In this document: positions 1 to 10,695 of the stretch, in pieces
Layout of the letters: each line of letters opens with the position of its first letter
How positions within the stretch are numbered: the stretch's first letter is position 1
Assembly: GCA_004431415.1 (NCBI GenBank)
Contig: QPMI01000483.1
Coordinates: forward strand, 1 to 64,000
DNA: 64,000 nt
Direction of reading: 5' to 3'
Source of the DNA: Cyanophora paradoxa CCMP329
Lineage: Eukaryota; Plantae; Glaucophyta
Position numbers and translations under genes: made by a program
The notes under the pieces: model-generated
What the model was told of the DNA's origin: nothing
Databases searched by the model: none
The model's input: only the letters and a program-made list of their open reading frames with translations

Positions 1-1142
1 GCGAACTTGAGCGGATTGAAGACCTTGTGGCCGTCGGCTAGGCCATCGAATGGAGAAGTCCAGCGACCAGGACCGGACGAGCATTCGTAGTACACGTGCG
101 GGAAGTGTCGCCGATAGTCCTCATCATCGGGTCGGGAGTCTGAGTAGCGGAGCGGGGGAATCGCCTCGTAAGTGTAGTACAGCGAGTTGCTGTAGTCGTA
201 GTTCTCCGTCGAGGGAGAGCTCGGCCAATTAAAGACCCGTGTGATCCAGTTCGACAGCTCCAGTCGCAGGTCCGGCTCGTAGAGGACTGCGCCGAGGCGA
301 ATGAGGAATGGATCCCAGGCGTCCGTGTCCGGGTCAAGTTCGTCCGCCATGGCGTTCTCGACATGAGGGCGCATCACGTCGATGAAGTCGCGGATTTGGG
401 CCGTGATAATGTTGCGGTCCACTTCAACGAAGCCTGCTGTCGGCGTGAGGTTCTCAGCCTGCTCCGCAGTGACCGTCTCGGATTTGAATAGCTCCCGCAG
501 CTCGTCCGTGAGAGTGAACGCGTTCGGCCACCAGCGCTGCAGGCGTGCCGATTTGAACTCGTTCAGCTGCTGCCGCAGGGTGTTGTAGTTGGGGCCGTTG
601 CGGTTCACCCTCCGATGCACGTCACGAGGGACTACGAGGCGCGCGTTGTGAGCGATGATGTACTTGAGGAGAAGTGCCGACAACGCCGATTGTAGAGAGC
701 CTGCCGGAATACGGTATGCCGGCGACCACGTGCTGGACTCGCTCGTCCAGTAATCTGTCAAGCTGGCGATGCCGGTTTCATTGACAGTAAAACCCAATGT
801 TTCCCGCATCCGGTGCACGTAATCTGACAGCATGCGGTGCAACGCCGGGTGGAGATCGACGACGTGCGTGGGGAAGGAGCTGGAAAGAATTCCCCACTGT
901 GCGACGAAGAAGGCAATGCCCGCGATGTAGAGGTGGACGTCGAGCGGGAAGGCAATGACGACATGTTGCCAATCCGTACCCGCGAGGCGTTCGTGAGTCT
1001 CGTGAATGATGCCGCCCGGAAGAAGCATGTTGCTTGCACTGATCCCCAGCCGTACGTAATCGATGGTCCGCGCGTCTTCGCGAGACGGAGGAATGCCATT
1101 CGTGAGTAGTGTCCACGTGTCCGTGTGGTTTGGATCGTACAT
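1..1142 (-). CDS. Partial ORF of unknown function, runs off the left edge (>=380 aa, MYDPNHTDTWTLLTNGIPP...)
   Basis: My manual translation gives a stop-free minus frame from about 1322 (first ATG 1142) to position 1. It is absent from the ORF track because it has no stop in the window. Globular-looking composition, no recognised motif. Confidence 0.55.
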   Translation of the reverse strand, partial: MYDPNHTDTWTLLTNGIPPSREDARTIDYVRLGISASNMLLPGGIIHETHERLAGTDWQHVVIAFPLDVHLYIAGIAFFVAQWGILSSSFPTHVVDLHPALHRMLSDYVHRMRETLGFTVNETGIASLTDYWTSESSTWSPAYRIPAGSLQSALSALLLKYIIAHNARLVVPRDVHRRVNRNGPNYNTLRQQLNEFKSARLQRWWPNAFTLTDELRELFKSETVTAEQAENLTPTAGFVEVDRNIITAQIRDFIDVMRPHVENAMADELDPDTDAWDPFLIRLGAVLYEPDLRLELSNWITRVFNWPSSPSTENYDYSNSLYYTYEAIPPLRYSDSRPDDEDYRRHFPHVYYECSSGPGRWTSPFDGLADGHKVFNPLKF

Positions 1143-2060
1143 GGTGAGCTTGCGCACCCCTCGGTTCGGCGTGGGGTCGAGGGCTGCAAGAAGAGGCCCG
1201 TTGGCGTTGCCGCTGAAGTCCGCAGGTACGTGAAAGAAGGTGCGGAAGGGAGGGGTCTGAGTCGGAGTGTTGACGGGGTCGGGGAAGAGCCAAAGTCGAT
1301 TTGCATTAGCACATCCGTACAACTAATGAAGTTGTCTACGTCGACCACAATCTCACTGAAAGCACTATCCAGGAAGAGAAAGTGAGGACTCTCGTGTGCT
1401 GTGCTCACAATCTACGTACTGGAGAAAGGGGACAACACAATCCTAATAAACACTGCAAACAGAGAGCCGAAGCTAAGGCCAAGCTACCACAACCTCCCTA
1501 AGGACGCAGGAACTGAGCCTACGTATAGCAAGGGTGAAGACGAAGCGGCCGAGCCTAAACTATAGCCCTCCTCTGAGCAGTGCCCTAGAAAAGCGAAGAC
1601 TCCAAAACTCCAGGGAAGGGCCGGAAACCGGAGCCCGTGAGGGCCTGGGTGAAAACCGGCGGGCGCACAGCATCGCCAGCCGAAACCAGCAAGCTGTGCT
1701 CCTCGGCACCGGAAGATACCGCCTCCAGCTGGGCACGCGCGCCTGCCCGAAGTCCGCTGCGGCGGGGGTTGGGAGGCCCCGGGCCGCCCGAGTGCTCAGA
1801 AGCACATCGCCTCGCCAGGAGTCCGAGTTTCTGTGCGGCGACGACGCCCGCGGTCGCTGCGTAGGCGTGCAATCACGCCACCGACGATTGCCTGCAGGGG
1901 CGCACGCAAGCCGTCGGCATGACGCGAGCGGCCGCTCGGCGCCGCAGAGAAGACATCGGGCTGAGCGAGAGAGCAGTTGCTGAAGCCACCGCTGGTGGCC
2001 GCTGGAGTGGCTCGCCGAACCGACCCGCGCGGAGCGGATTCCCAACGGGCGCGCGGCTGA

Positions 2061-4421
2061 TCAGCTAAAAGTGGGCTTGAAGTGCGGCCGAGGCGATTCG
2101 CGGCAGCCGGAGAGGCGCCCAGCGGGCAGGAGCCCGCTACCTACCTTCTCTCCAGGTCGGGGTACGCGAATCACGGGGTCGGGGAAGAGCGGAGTGGTCG
2201 GGTCACCCGCCTCTTCCGAGAGACGCAGCTCCGGAACAAAGCTAGGCTGCAAGGTCGGGTTCGTTGCAGCCGTGAGATACGACCTGTAGGGGTTGGACGG
2301 CGAGGCCTCGTTGGAGGTCGTAATTGAAAACTGCTTGAACCATGTCGTTCCACGGTTGCGCAGGCGGGGTCCGTCTGTACGAAGGCCCGCGCCGTACGCG
2401 TTGAGTTCCGGATCGCTACGGAAGCGGATGGCCCGATCGCACGCCCGAATGAGATTCTTCGTCACCGCGTAGAAGAGACCGTAAAGAGGTCGCAGCGGAT
2501 AAAACTTGCGGAAGAAGTTGTCGATGTCGGCGTCACCATGCATGAGTCGTATCGCATGGAGACCGCCCTGAGTGCGATCCAGGGGAAGGTCGCCCTCCTG
2601 TGGATCTGGGTTGTTGGTCCTCTCCACGGGGCGCTCAGGACGCGTGAAGATTTCCGAGATAGCTCCCGTCAACCACGGTCCCCGAAGCTGATACTCCTCG
2701 GAAAGCGAGTATAAGCTGGCCAGCATCCGTCGCTGCTGAAGGAACGGCATCGGTGGCTGGGAGTACGAGACAAGGTCGTCACGCGTCGTGTCCTCCAGGA
2801 TCGCGTCGCCCGCCTCCGTACCGTAAAGCTCAGGGGGAAGTGGGGGTTCGAGAGACCCGTAATCCGGGAGAAAATCGCGTTCCTTGGGGACAAGGGCGTG
2901 ATCGCGGAAGCGCTTGCCCCCCCTTCCCGCGATCTCGTAGTATCCGTCTGCTACGGGATTCGGGTAGAATTCAGGGTCGGGACGAGATAACGGTGTCGTG
3001 GTGAGCCCGAGAGTGTCCGGCCAGATAGCCGTGAGGCGTCGTCGAAGTGCTCGTGCGAGGTCGTTCTCGCCGTGTCCGTCCTCGATCTCGTCGTCCTGCA
3101 CGTCCCAGAAGTACGCCAACCGTTCCGCGAACATGGCGTCGACAGCCTTGGGAGGGTGGAAGGCGATACCCGTATTGAACTGCAAGAGATGCTGGAGGGC
3201 CCGGCTCGTGATCTCATTCCGCTTGTTCTCCGTGAGGCGCCGCCGCTGAGTTTGCGACAGCTGCTCGTCCTTCTTGCCGGATTCGCGCAATCGTTTGCCG
3301 GTGCCCACCAAGAGAGGCCGCTGCGTCACGCGAAGCTCCTCCTCCGCCGTGAAGTACGGATCCGTGCCCAGAGAGCGCGCCACGATGTCCTCCCAGCTGA
3401 GTCCCGTGCGCAAGTATTGCGGGAGTTTGTGCGGTCCGACTCTCCCACGGTAATCGGTACCCGGAAGGAGCTCTGCGATCGCCGTCGAGATGGGCATGTA
3501 CTCGTTCGGGAGTCGCGGCAGGAGGTGGCGGATCGGAGTGTCCGGGGAATCGCGGTCCCAACAGAGGTAGACGCCGAGGTGCACATGGGCGTCTCGAAGG
3601 TACGCGCGAAGAACAGAGAGAAGCGTGAGCGGGTGCTCGAGGCCAGGGATTGCGAGGATGCGGTTCGCCATCGCCGTAGCCATCCGTTCGGCGACGAGGT
3701 GGCCCTCCGGCGTCGACGCCTCCTGGTACCGCGTCGCCAGCGCAACGCGGAGCGCAACAGCGAGCACGCGAGCCCGAGGCTGCGAAGCTGCCAGAAGTGC
3801 GGCCTCGTTGCGCGTGATGAGGGTTTCACTGTGAGGTTCGTAGCTGAGTGGAATCGGGTCGGTAGCCGGGAGGCGCTTGAGCTTTATTGTAGGCGGTTGG
3901 GCCTGGCCGAACCCCTCACTGGTGAACGCGTCGCGTACGTAGTTGATGATGGCGTGCGTGTACGCGGTCTGGTCACGGATGCTATTCATGCGCGCCATAG
4001 CGACGGTCGGGCTAAGTTCCGTGACGAAGGCGGTGCCCGTCGGCGAGGACCCCTTGCGATGCTGCTCCAAGCCCGCCTCGCACGCCTTTAGTGCCGCGTC
4101 TGCGTTCGTCGGGACAGAAGAGCGATGACCGGGGTTCGGGATAGAGATGGCGATAGACGAGTACGTGAGCTCAAATTCCCGCGCGAGGTCGCGAAGGAAG
4201 CAGGACGTGAGGCGGCCGCCGCGGTGGCTGTCAAGAACTAGACGGCCAAAATGTGTTGTCCAGGACATCAGGTCCGGAGTGAGCCGCGCCGTATCCGTCG
4301 TGAGGTTCAGTGCCCGAAGCATGTACTCAGACTGTTCGATGATCACGCTGAAGATGTAGGCCCGCGGGATTGCATCGTTCTTCGCAGAAGGTCGTGCGGA
4401 GAGAGGCGTCATCTGTGGCAC
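2061..4421 (-). CDS. 786-aa ORF of unknown function, probably the frameshifted continuation of the 1705-aa ORF (element A)
   Basis: Long ORF overlapping the end of 4327-9444 by 95 nt. No RT, RNase H, integrase or recombinase motif recognised. Confidence 0.55.
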   Translation of the reverse strand: MPQMTPLSARPSAKNDAIPRAYIFSVIIEQSEYMLRALNLTTDTARLTPDLMSWTTHFGRLVLDSHRGGRLTSCFLRDLAREFELTYSSIAISIPNPGHRSSVPTNADAALKACEAGLEQHRKGSSPTGTAFVTELSPTVAMARMNSIRDQTAYTHAIINYVRDAFTSEGFGQAQPPTIKLKRLPATDPIPLSYEPHSETLITRNEAALLAASQPRARVLAVALRVALATRYQEASTPEGHLVAERMATAMANRILAIPGLEHPLTLLSVLRAYLRDAHVHLGVYLCWDRDSPDTPIRHLLPRLPNEYMPISTAIAELLPGTDYRGRVGPHKLPQYLRTGLSWEDIVARSLGTDPYFTAEEELRVTQRPLLVGTGKRLRESGKKDEQLSQTQRRRLTENKRNEITSRALQHLLQFNTGIAFHPPKAVDAMFAERLAYFWDVQDDEIEDGHGENDLARALRRRLTAIWPDTLGLTTTPLSRPDPEFYPNPVADGYYEIAGRGGKRFRDHALVPKERDFLPDYGSLEPPLPPELYGTEAGDAILEDTTRDDLVSYSQPPMPFLQQRRMLASLYSLSEEYQLRGPWLTGAISEIFTRPERPVERTNNPDPQEGDLPLDRTQGGLHAIRLMHGDADIDNFFRKFYPLRPLYGLFYAVTKNLIRACDRAIRFRSDPELNAYGAGLRTDGPRLRNRGTTWFKQFSITTSNEASPSNPYRSYLTAATNPTLQPSFVPELRLSEEAGDPTTPLFPDPVIRVPRPGEKVGSGLLPAGRLSGCRESPRPHFKPTFS

Positions 4422-7400
4422 TGACGACGCTTGCCAGCAGCGTGCCCTGAGCGAGTGCCCTGGCCCGGAGATAGACGGAGACGCGAGGTGTCAGCGCTGC
4501 CGTGTGCCGTAGCTTCGAGTCGACGTAATCGATGAGAACTTGCCCTTCTTCTGCCTCCAGCGCGGGAGGGAGCCTGTGCAATTCTCGAAGAGACTGGTGG
4601 AACAGTCGAACGCGTACAGCATGCGTGTCGCCTTGCGCCGTGACTGCGCGCAGCGTGGAGTGGTGGTGCAGCGGTGAGGTCGTGGTCCCCTCGCCTTTGC
4701 GAGTGTCCAGCGCCGTCTTGTAGGCCCGGGCCGTGTCGATCACTGAGGAGAGGATCGCGGTAGCCACCGAGTCCGTCGTGTAGCTTGCGATGCTCGCGTC
4801 GGTTGCGCTGAGGCCGAGGAACTCGAGGAAGGGGACCGACGAAGTCAGGTCACGTAGGGTCACGAGCTCCGCCGGGGTGCTGTCGTAGGCCAGACAGGCG
4901 ACAAGGTAGACTGCTGAGCGGAAGCGGGGAATGTGATGCAGCAACTGTGCAGCCTGCGCCTCGCGAGTGACCTTGTACGTGAGCGGGATCGGGCGCTTCT
5001 CGTCCTTGAAACGGGCTATGTCATCGTCGTTCAGCGGGCGCCTGCCGATCTGACGTGCAAGGTTGTTCTGAAACACGCCCGTGTTTGCGATGCCCACCGC
5101 GTCATAAGAGGCGGGACACCACGCGACGGGGCGCTCGTCCGAGTACAGGTCTGCGTTATCCAGCGCCGTCGTCATGAGCATGTATGATTGCTCGCCTGGC
5201 CAATAGATCGCGCAGCCTGGGGCAAGGGAGAATGTGTGGGCGGGGATCTCGCGAACGTCGGGAGGCGGGTGAAGTCTGCCGTGCTCGTCGGGTGCAATGT
5301 GAAGCCGCGCGCAGAGCTCCTTGCTGAACGACGTGTCCGTGTCCTCAGCCTCCTCTGGGGCCGTCGGCGTCGTGGTCGAGGGTCCCGCGGTCGGCGTCGT
5401 GACTGTCGGCGCCGTCGGCATCGCGGCCGAGGGTGCGACAGCGGACGTTGTCACCGACGAGGCTGGAGTCATAGCCGGCGCCGTCGGCGTCGGCGGCGCG
5501 GCCGAGGGTGCGGTGGGCAGCTGGTCCGAAGGCACCGTCTCGCGCGGGCGCGCGGACGGTGGGCGCCACGAGCCGCCTGCAGCCGGGATGGCATCGTCCA
5601 AGCCGTCGCTTGCAGGGCGGGTTAACGAGACAGCAGCCGAGCCCGTCGGCGTTCCAGCTGGCTCGTCGTGGTCACTTGGCGACTCCTCGTCGCGGTCCTG
5701 GGCGCGCCGGCGGTACTCCTCGTTCCTCCGCCGCTGGTCCGTCTCCTCGTCCGCCGAGCGGAGGGCGGTGAGCTGCATGAGCGTCATGATGCGCTCGTTC
5801 GCATGCGGCACGATGTCGTCGAAGAACGGGAGAGGATCATCGTTGGCGAACTGAATGATCGCCCGCTCCACCTCCAGCTCCGACAGTTTGAAGGCCGTGC
5901 ACACTCGTTCGCGGTGCGCCGGCGCCATCAGCAGAAGCACGCGAAGGAGGACTTGGGGAGGGTAGTCTTCCATGTAGCCCGTGCCCAGTGCGGGGAGGGA
6001 CTGAGGATTCCAGGTCCACTGGAGATTGTCGAGGTTCGGAGGCTGTACCGGATCCGTTCGAGTGAACGGTCCCGTGACGTCGCATTGCCCCACCTGAGTC
6101 CACGGTACAGCCGAGATGTCCGTTCCGTACGCCGGCTGAATGTGAGAGTAGGCCGCGGGCGACCCAGCATCCAGCCTGGCAGAGCGAAGGAGCCCGTACT
6201 CGTCGCCCTGCCTGACGGACTTGGTCCAGCTCGTCGGGCGCGGCGGGTCCGTGACCACGAACGTGGACGTGTCGGCGAGGGGGATGTTGATGTACTCGTC
6301 GGCAAGAGAAGGGAAGACCGCCTCGCGTAGACCGGCGAGCTGGGGGGCGTAGACGGCAAGGTTGCAGTAGATGCGATGAAGCAGGTCGCACATGGCCGGA
6401 GGAACCTGGCGGCAGAAGGGCGGTTCTGTCCGTGACACCGTCGTCTGGAGCGGGAGGCGAGCCGTGTACGTCGCGCCCGTGTCAGTGTCGACTCCTCTGC
6501 CACTGGTCATCAGGGAGGAGAAGGTGCCCGGGAAGGCGCCGCAGATGCCGCAACCAGAAATCAGCTCCCAGCAGGTGCCCACGATGGCGCCCTGGGCGTC
6601 ATGAAGCAGGCGCGGGTAAATGACGACGACATGGTACGAGTGAGTGTGCTTGATCGGCCGTCCCCCGTGTGCGCTCGGCGTGTAGGGGGCCGGGCACGGG
6701 ACGGGGCTGCGAAGCTCGTGCGGAGCGAAGCGAAGGTAGAAAGCCCGCGTTCCCGGAGAGAAGCACAAGTCCAGCGGCGTCATCTTGTTGAAGATCTCGT
6801 CACCGCCGTGCGCGTTGTAGAGGACGGACCCCGCCGCACGAAAGCGGGCGCGTAGCGTCGCCGCCGCCAGCTGGAAGAGCTGCTCCAGCTCCCGAGCGTT
6901 TGACTGAGTGAGGCAGGCGCGGATGGTGTTGCGGAACGTCGCCATTGTCGAGTCGGAGAGCGCGGGCGTGGGCGCCGGCGTCGAGGGCATCGTGGCCAAC
7001 ATTGCTGCGATCGGCGGGTTCGCAGAGGTCGGAGTCGACGCCGTACCAAGCACCTCTAGGGGCGGCCAAGGCTCCGTGAGGTGCGGCGGCCCCGCGGGGC
7101 GCTGATTCGTCGTCGCCGTCGTTGGCACCGCAGCATTCGGCGGGTCCGATCGCGTCGGAGCCGCGGCAGCGGGGAAGGCGGGGGGGGTGTGGATGGGGAT
7201 GGGGCTGAGGCCAAACTCGCGCGAGAGAGCAGCGGGATCCAGCGCCGGCAGGTGAGCGAAGAAGGGCGTGCCCGTAAGGTGTATTGCGACCCCCAGAGCA
7301 AGCTTCGGGCGGGGCGGCTTCTCAGTCTTCAGGTACGCGATGATGTCGTGTACCACCGAGGACCAGCTGTCGAAGCGGATGTCGCCCCTGCGGCGGAGCT

Positions 7401-9444
7401 GCAGGGTGTACAGGTCTGCGTACGTCTGGGCAAACGCGCTCTGCGTGCACGCCGGAAACGCCATCTCGTCGGACGGGGCGTCGGTCGAGGTCCGAGTCGC
7501 GTGTGGGGCTGACGACGTCGACGGCTGCGTGGCCGTGGACGAAGACAGCTGCACGGGCGGTGTAGGCTGCGCGTGTGACGACGGCTGCGCGGCCGTGGTC
7601 GCAGTCGGGCGGGAGGGCGTCGACGAAGACGACGGAGTCCCCGAGGCCTTGGAGCTCGAGGCGTGGGCCAGGTGCCAGTTGGTGTGCGGACGCTGCCGAA
7701 CGCCCTCGCGGAGTACCACGTCCTGCTGCTCCTTCGTCGCCGTACCATCCACGACGGCCGCGAAAGCCTTCTGGTAAGCCCTGCGGGTTGCCTTGCCGTC
7801 GGGGAGGTCCGGGCCGGCCGCCATCAGGACCGTGTAGTACGGGTGACTGGAAGCGCCTTGCGTGCGAAGCGGTACAGTCGGGTTCCTGTTGCTGGCCGGC
7901 GGCAGCGGGCGCGGCACTTTGCCGAGGTCGCCCGGCGCGCGAGCAGTCACAGTGATGGGGCCCGCGACGAAGAGGAAGTAGGGGCGGTTCTCCGGAGTGT
8001 TAGGAGGCGCAGTGAGAGGAAGGCGGGAGAGCTCATCCAGCATGAAGCGGTGAGCCGTCTGGAGGTACGCCGGCGGTTCGTGAAGCCGCGCTCGCACAAC
8101 GTGCAACTCCACCGGTTCCAACGGCCCCGAGCCCCTCCGCTTGGCCGGGAACTGCTCGCAGTGAGGGCAGAACTCCTTCAAATACGGGGCCGAGCTCTTG
8201 ACAGAGGAGCTGTCCGCGCGGAGGTCAACCGCATACAAGTCCGTCACGTCGTCCTGCGCCTGCATGAAGCAGGGGCGGAAGTTGTGGTGCGGCTTGATGA
8301 AGTACGACGAAGTCTCGCCGGCAACTCGCGAGTCGTAAGTGTAACCGCGCGGCCGCTTGCCGGCTTGCCGCGAGCAGAGGGCGGGTCCCCTGGGAGCAGC
8401 GATCGCCAACGTCTTGCCCTGCACAGGAACGCTGAGGAGGGCCTCGAACGTAACCGTGCGGAAGTCGCCTCCCGGGAAGCCCGTCGGGTAGTGAGCAGAG
8501 CTGACGACGTCGGCACGGTAGTTGATATTGTCCTGCCGCTTGGCGTGTGCAGCGTAGGCGAGGAGCTCGAGGTACGGGCGCGCAACGTCCTCCGCTCCGG
8601 GAACGGGTGCTCCGTACACTTGGAGCGCCGGCGTAATGTGGTCGCGGTCGACGTTGGACGGCGCAGGCTCCGGCGTGAGAGGGCCGGCCGTCGGAGCGGT
8701 CGAAGAAGCCGACGCGCCGCTTGCATTGATGGAAGCAGCGGGCTGCTGGGGTGCAGACGTCGAGCCCATGACCATCGCCTGCGTTGCAGCAAGCACCGCG
8801 CGCGCCTCGCGCTCGATGTTGAGGGCGGAGCGGGGGCGGGGAGAGGAGCGGCCGCCGGTGGTGACGTTGACGGGGCAGACGCGAACCGCCGCAACGTTGG
8901 AGCCGTGGGTGCCCAGGGCGCGCTCCGCCGCCCAATGAGCCTGCTCCTGGATCCGGACCTGCGCCGCCTTGAGCCGTGCTTTCACCTCGAGTGCAAGCTC
9001 CTTGGACGTCTTGAGGCCGGGAGTCGTCCGCGCAGCGTCGACGGGCGACGGTGCGGTAGACTTGGCGACGGGCGGGGTGAAGCGGGTCGAGGCAGCAGGG
9101 ACCGTAGGAGTCGTGGCAGCGTCGGCGCGCGACGGTGTCAGAGGTCCTGAGGTCCCGACAGTCGAGGGAGTGCTCGTAGAGGAGGCGGGAGCGGGGGCCT
9201 GTGTCGTAGTAATCGCAGTCGTGCCCGTGGTGGCGTCGTCGCGCGACGGCACGCGGGTGGCAGCGACGGGGAGGGCGGGAATGGCGGCTGCAGCCTCGAC
9301 GCGCGAGGGCGCAGCCGTCGGGAGGGTCGGGGTCGCGGCGTCGGCGTGCGACGGCGCGGAGGTGGTCGAGGAGGGGACGAGACCCGACTGCGAGGCCGAG
9401 GCTGCGGCGTCGACGTGCGACGGCGCGGTCGGGGCGTCGGGCAT
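4327..9444 (-). CDS. 1705-aa ORF with Pro/Ala/Thr-rich linkers and unknown globular segments (element A)
   Basis: Long intronless ORF. Its frame stays open upstream into the gag-like ORF, and one extra C in a C-run near 9543 would fuse the two. Confidence 0.6.
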   Translation of the reverse strand: MPDAPTAPSHVDAAASASQSGLVPSSTTSAPSHADAATPTLPTAAPSRVEAAAAIPALPVAATRVPSRDDATTGTTAITTTQAPAPASSTSTPSTVGTSGPLTPSRADAATTPTVPAASTRFTPPVAKSTAPSPVDAARTTPGLKTSKELALEVKARLKAAQVRIQEQAHWAAERALGTHGSNVAAVRVCPVNVTTGGRSSPRPRSALNIEREARAVLAATQAMVMGSTSAPQQPAASINASGASASSTAPTAGPLTPEPAPSNVDRDHITPALQVYGAPVPGAEDVARPYLELLAYAAHAKRQDNINYRADVVSSAHYPTGFPGGDFRTVTFEALLSVPVQGKTLAIAAPRGPALCSRQAGKRPRGYTYDSRVAGETSSYFIKPHHNFRPCFMQAQDDVTDLYAVDLRADSSSVKSSAPYLKEFCPHCEQFPAKRRGSGPLEPVELHVVRARLHEPPAYLQTAHRFMLDELSRLPLTAPPNTPENRPYFLFVAGPITVTARAPGDLGKVPRPLPPASNRNPTVPLRTQGASSHPYYTVLMAAGPDLPDGKATRRAYQKAFAAVVDGTATKEQQDVVLREGVRQRPHTNWHLAHASSSKASGTPSSSSTPSRPTATTAAQPSSHAQPTPPVQLSSSTATQPSTSSAPHATRTSTDAPSDEMAFPACTQSAFAQTYADLYTLQLRRRGDIRFDSWSSVVHDIIAYLKTEKPPRPKLALGVAIHLTGTPFFAHLPALDPAALSREFGLSPIPIHTPPAFPAAAAPTRSDPPNAAVPTTATTNQRPAGPPHLTEPWPPLEVLGTASTPTSANPPIAAMLATMPSTPAPTPALSDSTMATFRNTIRACLTQSNARELEQLFQLAAATLRARFRAAGSVLYNAHGGDEIFNKMTPLDLCFSPGTRAFYLRFAPHELRSPVPCPAPYTPSAHGGRPIKHTHSYHVVVIYPRLLHDAQGAIVGTCWELISGCGICGAFPGTFSSLMTSGRGVDTDTGATYTARLPLQTTVSRTEPPFCRQVPPAMCDLLHRIYCNLAVYAPQLAGLREAVFPSLADEYINIPLADTSTFVVTDPPRPTSWTKSVRQGDEYGLLRSARLDAGSPAAYSHIQPAYGTDISAVPWTQVGQCDVTGPFTRTDPVQPPNLDNLQWTWNPQSLPALGTGYMEDYPPQVLLRVLLLMAPAHRERVCTAFKLSELEVERAIIQFANDDPLPFFDDIVPHANERIMTLMQLTALRSADEETDQRRRNEEYRRRAQDRDEESPSDHDEPAGTPTGSAAVSLTRPASDGLDDAIPAAGGSWRPPSARPRETVPSDQLPTAPSAAPPTPTAPAMTPASSVTTSAVAPSAAMPTAPTVTTPTAGPSTTTPTAPEEAEDTDTSFSKELCARLHIAPDEHGRLHPPPDVREIPAHTFSLAPGCAIYWPGEQSYMLMTTALDNADLYSDERPVAWCPASYDAVGIANTGVFQNNLARQIGRRPLNDDDIARFKDEKRPIPLTYKVTREAQAAQLLHHIPRFRSAVYLVACLAYDSTPAELVTLRDLTSSVPFLEFLGLSATDASIASYTTDSVATAILSSVIDTARAYKTALDTRKGEGTTTSPLHHHSTLRAVTAQGDTHAVRVRLFHQSLRELHRLPPALEAEEGQVLIDYVDSKLRHTAALTPRVSVYLRARALAQGTLLASVVSATDDASLRTTFCEERCNPAGLHLQRDHRTV

Positions 9445-10689
9445 GGGCTCGTCGTCGAGGGGAGCGGAGGGCGGCGGGGGCAGGCCGTGTAGGAGATGCC
9501 CATCGTCACCGGCGGGCGCGAGGCGCGGGTCGTGGCCTGGAAGGGGACGCCCTGGGGCTGCGTCGGAGCGCCGCCGCGGCCGCCGCCACCACCGCCTCCT
9601 CGTCCGCCACCGTAGCCACCACCAGAGCCGCCGCGGCCGCCTCCAGGGGCGCCACGACCGCCTCCGGGGCCGCCGCGTCCACCGCCGCGGCCTCCCGGGC
9701 CGCCGCCGTTCGGGTTAGTGCAGTCCTTCATGATGTGGCCCTTCTGTCCGCAGCGGAGGCACCTGTCGACCCACTCGCAGTGCGCCGCCAAGTGTCCGTA
9801 GGCCCCGCAAAGGTAGCAGGCTCGGGGCTGTTGAGTCCGTAGCGCAGCAGTCGGGACGCCCGTCGACGTCGGGGTGGACGGGGTCAAGCCGAGGCGGGTG
9901 TGGAGCTGGGCGACGATGGGATCGGAGGTGGGCAGGTTGCACAGCTCCGACCGGTACCAGTGGGTCGTGCAGAGGAGGTAATCGTCGCCAAAGTGCCAGC
10001 AGGCGTCCTCCGGGAGGCCAGCCTTCAAACAACGGTCACAGAGCCAGCGTGTACCGTTAGGCCGGACGGGCTTGTCGGGGCGAAGGATGTTGAGGCCGGC
10101 GAGGAGATCCGTCTTCGTCTGCAGGCGTGGCAGGTTGAAGTTATGGTCGGAGGGCCGTGTCTGAGGCCGGGTCGAGTTCGCGCTCGAGCCAGCGGGTGGG
10201 GGCGCCGTCGCCTGGTAGAGAGGGGCGGTCTGCGGGGCCGTCGCATTCTGGTAGACGTAACCGATGTCGGCGTAATTGAACGGGTACTCGGTCTCGTCGG
10301 CGTCACCGTAAGCCATCGTGTCCGTCGTCGGAGTTTCAAATTCCGTGCCCTGCGATTCGTTGAGAAGACGCGCCATCGAGATCTGGCCGAGCTGGAACTG
10401 AAGTACACGGTCCGAGGCAGAGTTTGCGCGGAACATGTTGTCGTACTGTCCGCCGCAGCAGCCGAGGTGGTGTTGGTGCGACGACGTGGACGACTGTGAA
10501 GAGCGGGGCTTGGTGTGCTCGTGGTCGACGTCCTCCTCGTCGTCGTGGTCATGAGAGCGCTGGTCGCGCGTGCGCGCGGCACGGGCGGCCAGCTGCTCGT
10601 CCGAGACGGAGGTCGAGGAGTCAAACGGTTCGCGCGTGCTCGCGGCACGGGCGGTCGTTTTCTCGACGGAGCGGGAAGAAGAAGAGGCC
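9138..10689 (-). CDS. 3' half of a Gag/nucleocapsid-like ORF with two CCHC zinc knuckles and an RGG-rich tract, interrupted by the PLV
   Basis: CYLCGAYGHLAAHC and CLRCGQKGHIMKDC knuckles followed by a GGRGG tract. Joins 45122-46194 in frame across the TSD. Confidence 0.75.
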
Positions 10690-10695
10690 GAGGCT
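10690..10695 (+). repeat. Left target-site duplication GAGGCT
   Basis: Identical hexamer at 45122-45127, directly outside the other TIR. Confidence 0.95.

Noticed and set aside
2540-2570. HAIR as a tyrosine-recombinase HxxR motif, which would make element A DIRS/Ngaro-like
   Set aside because: The other catalytic residues and their spacing are not convincing, and no RT or RNase H is seen.
9530-9560. Programmed -1 ribosomal frameshift between the gag-like and 1705-aa ORFs
   Set aside because: No canonical X XXY YYZ slippery site. A homopolymer error is more parsimonious given the error pattern elsewhere.
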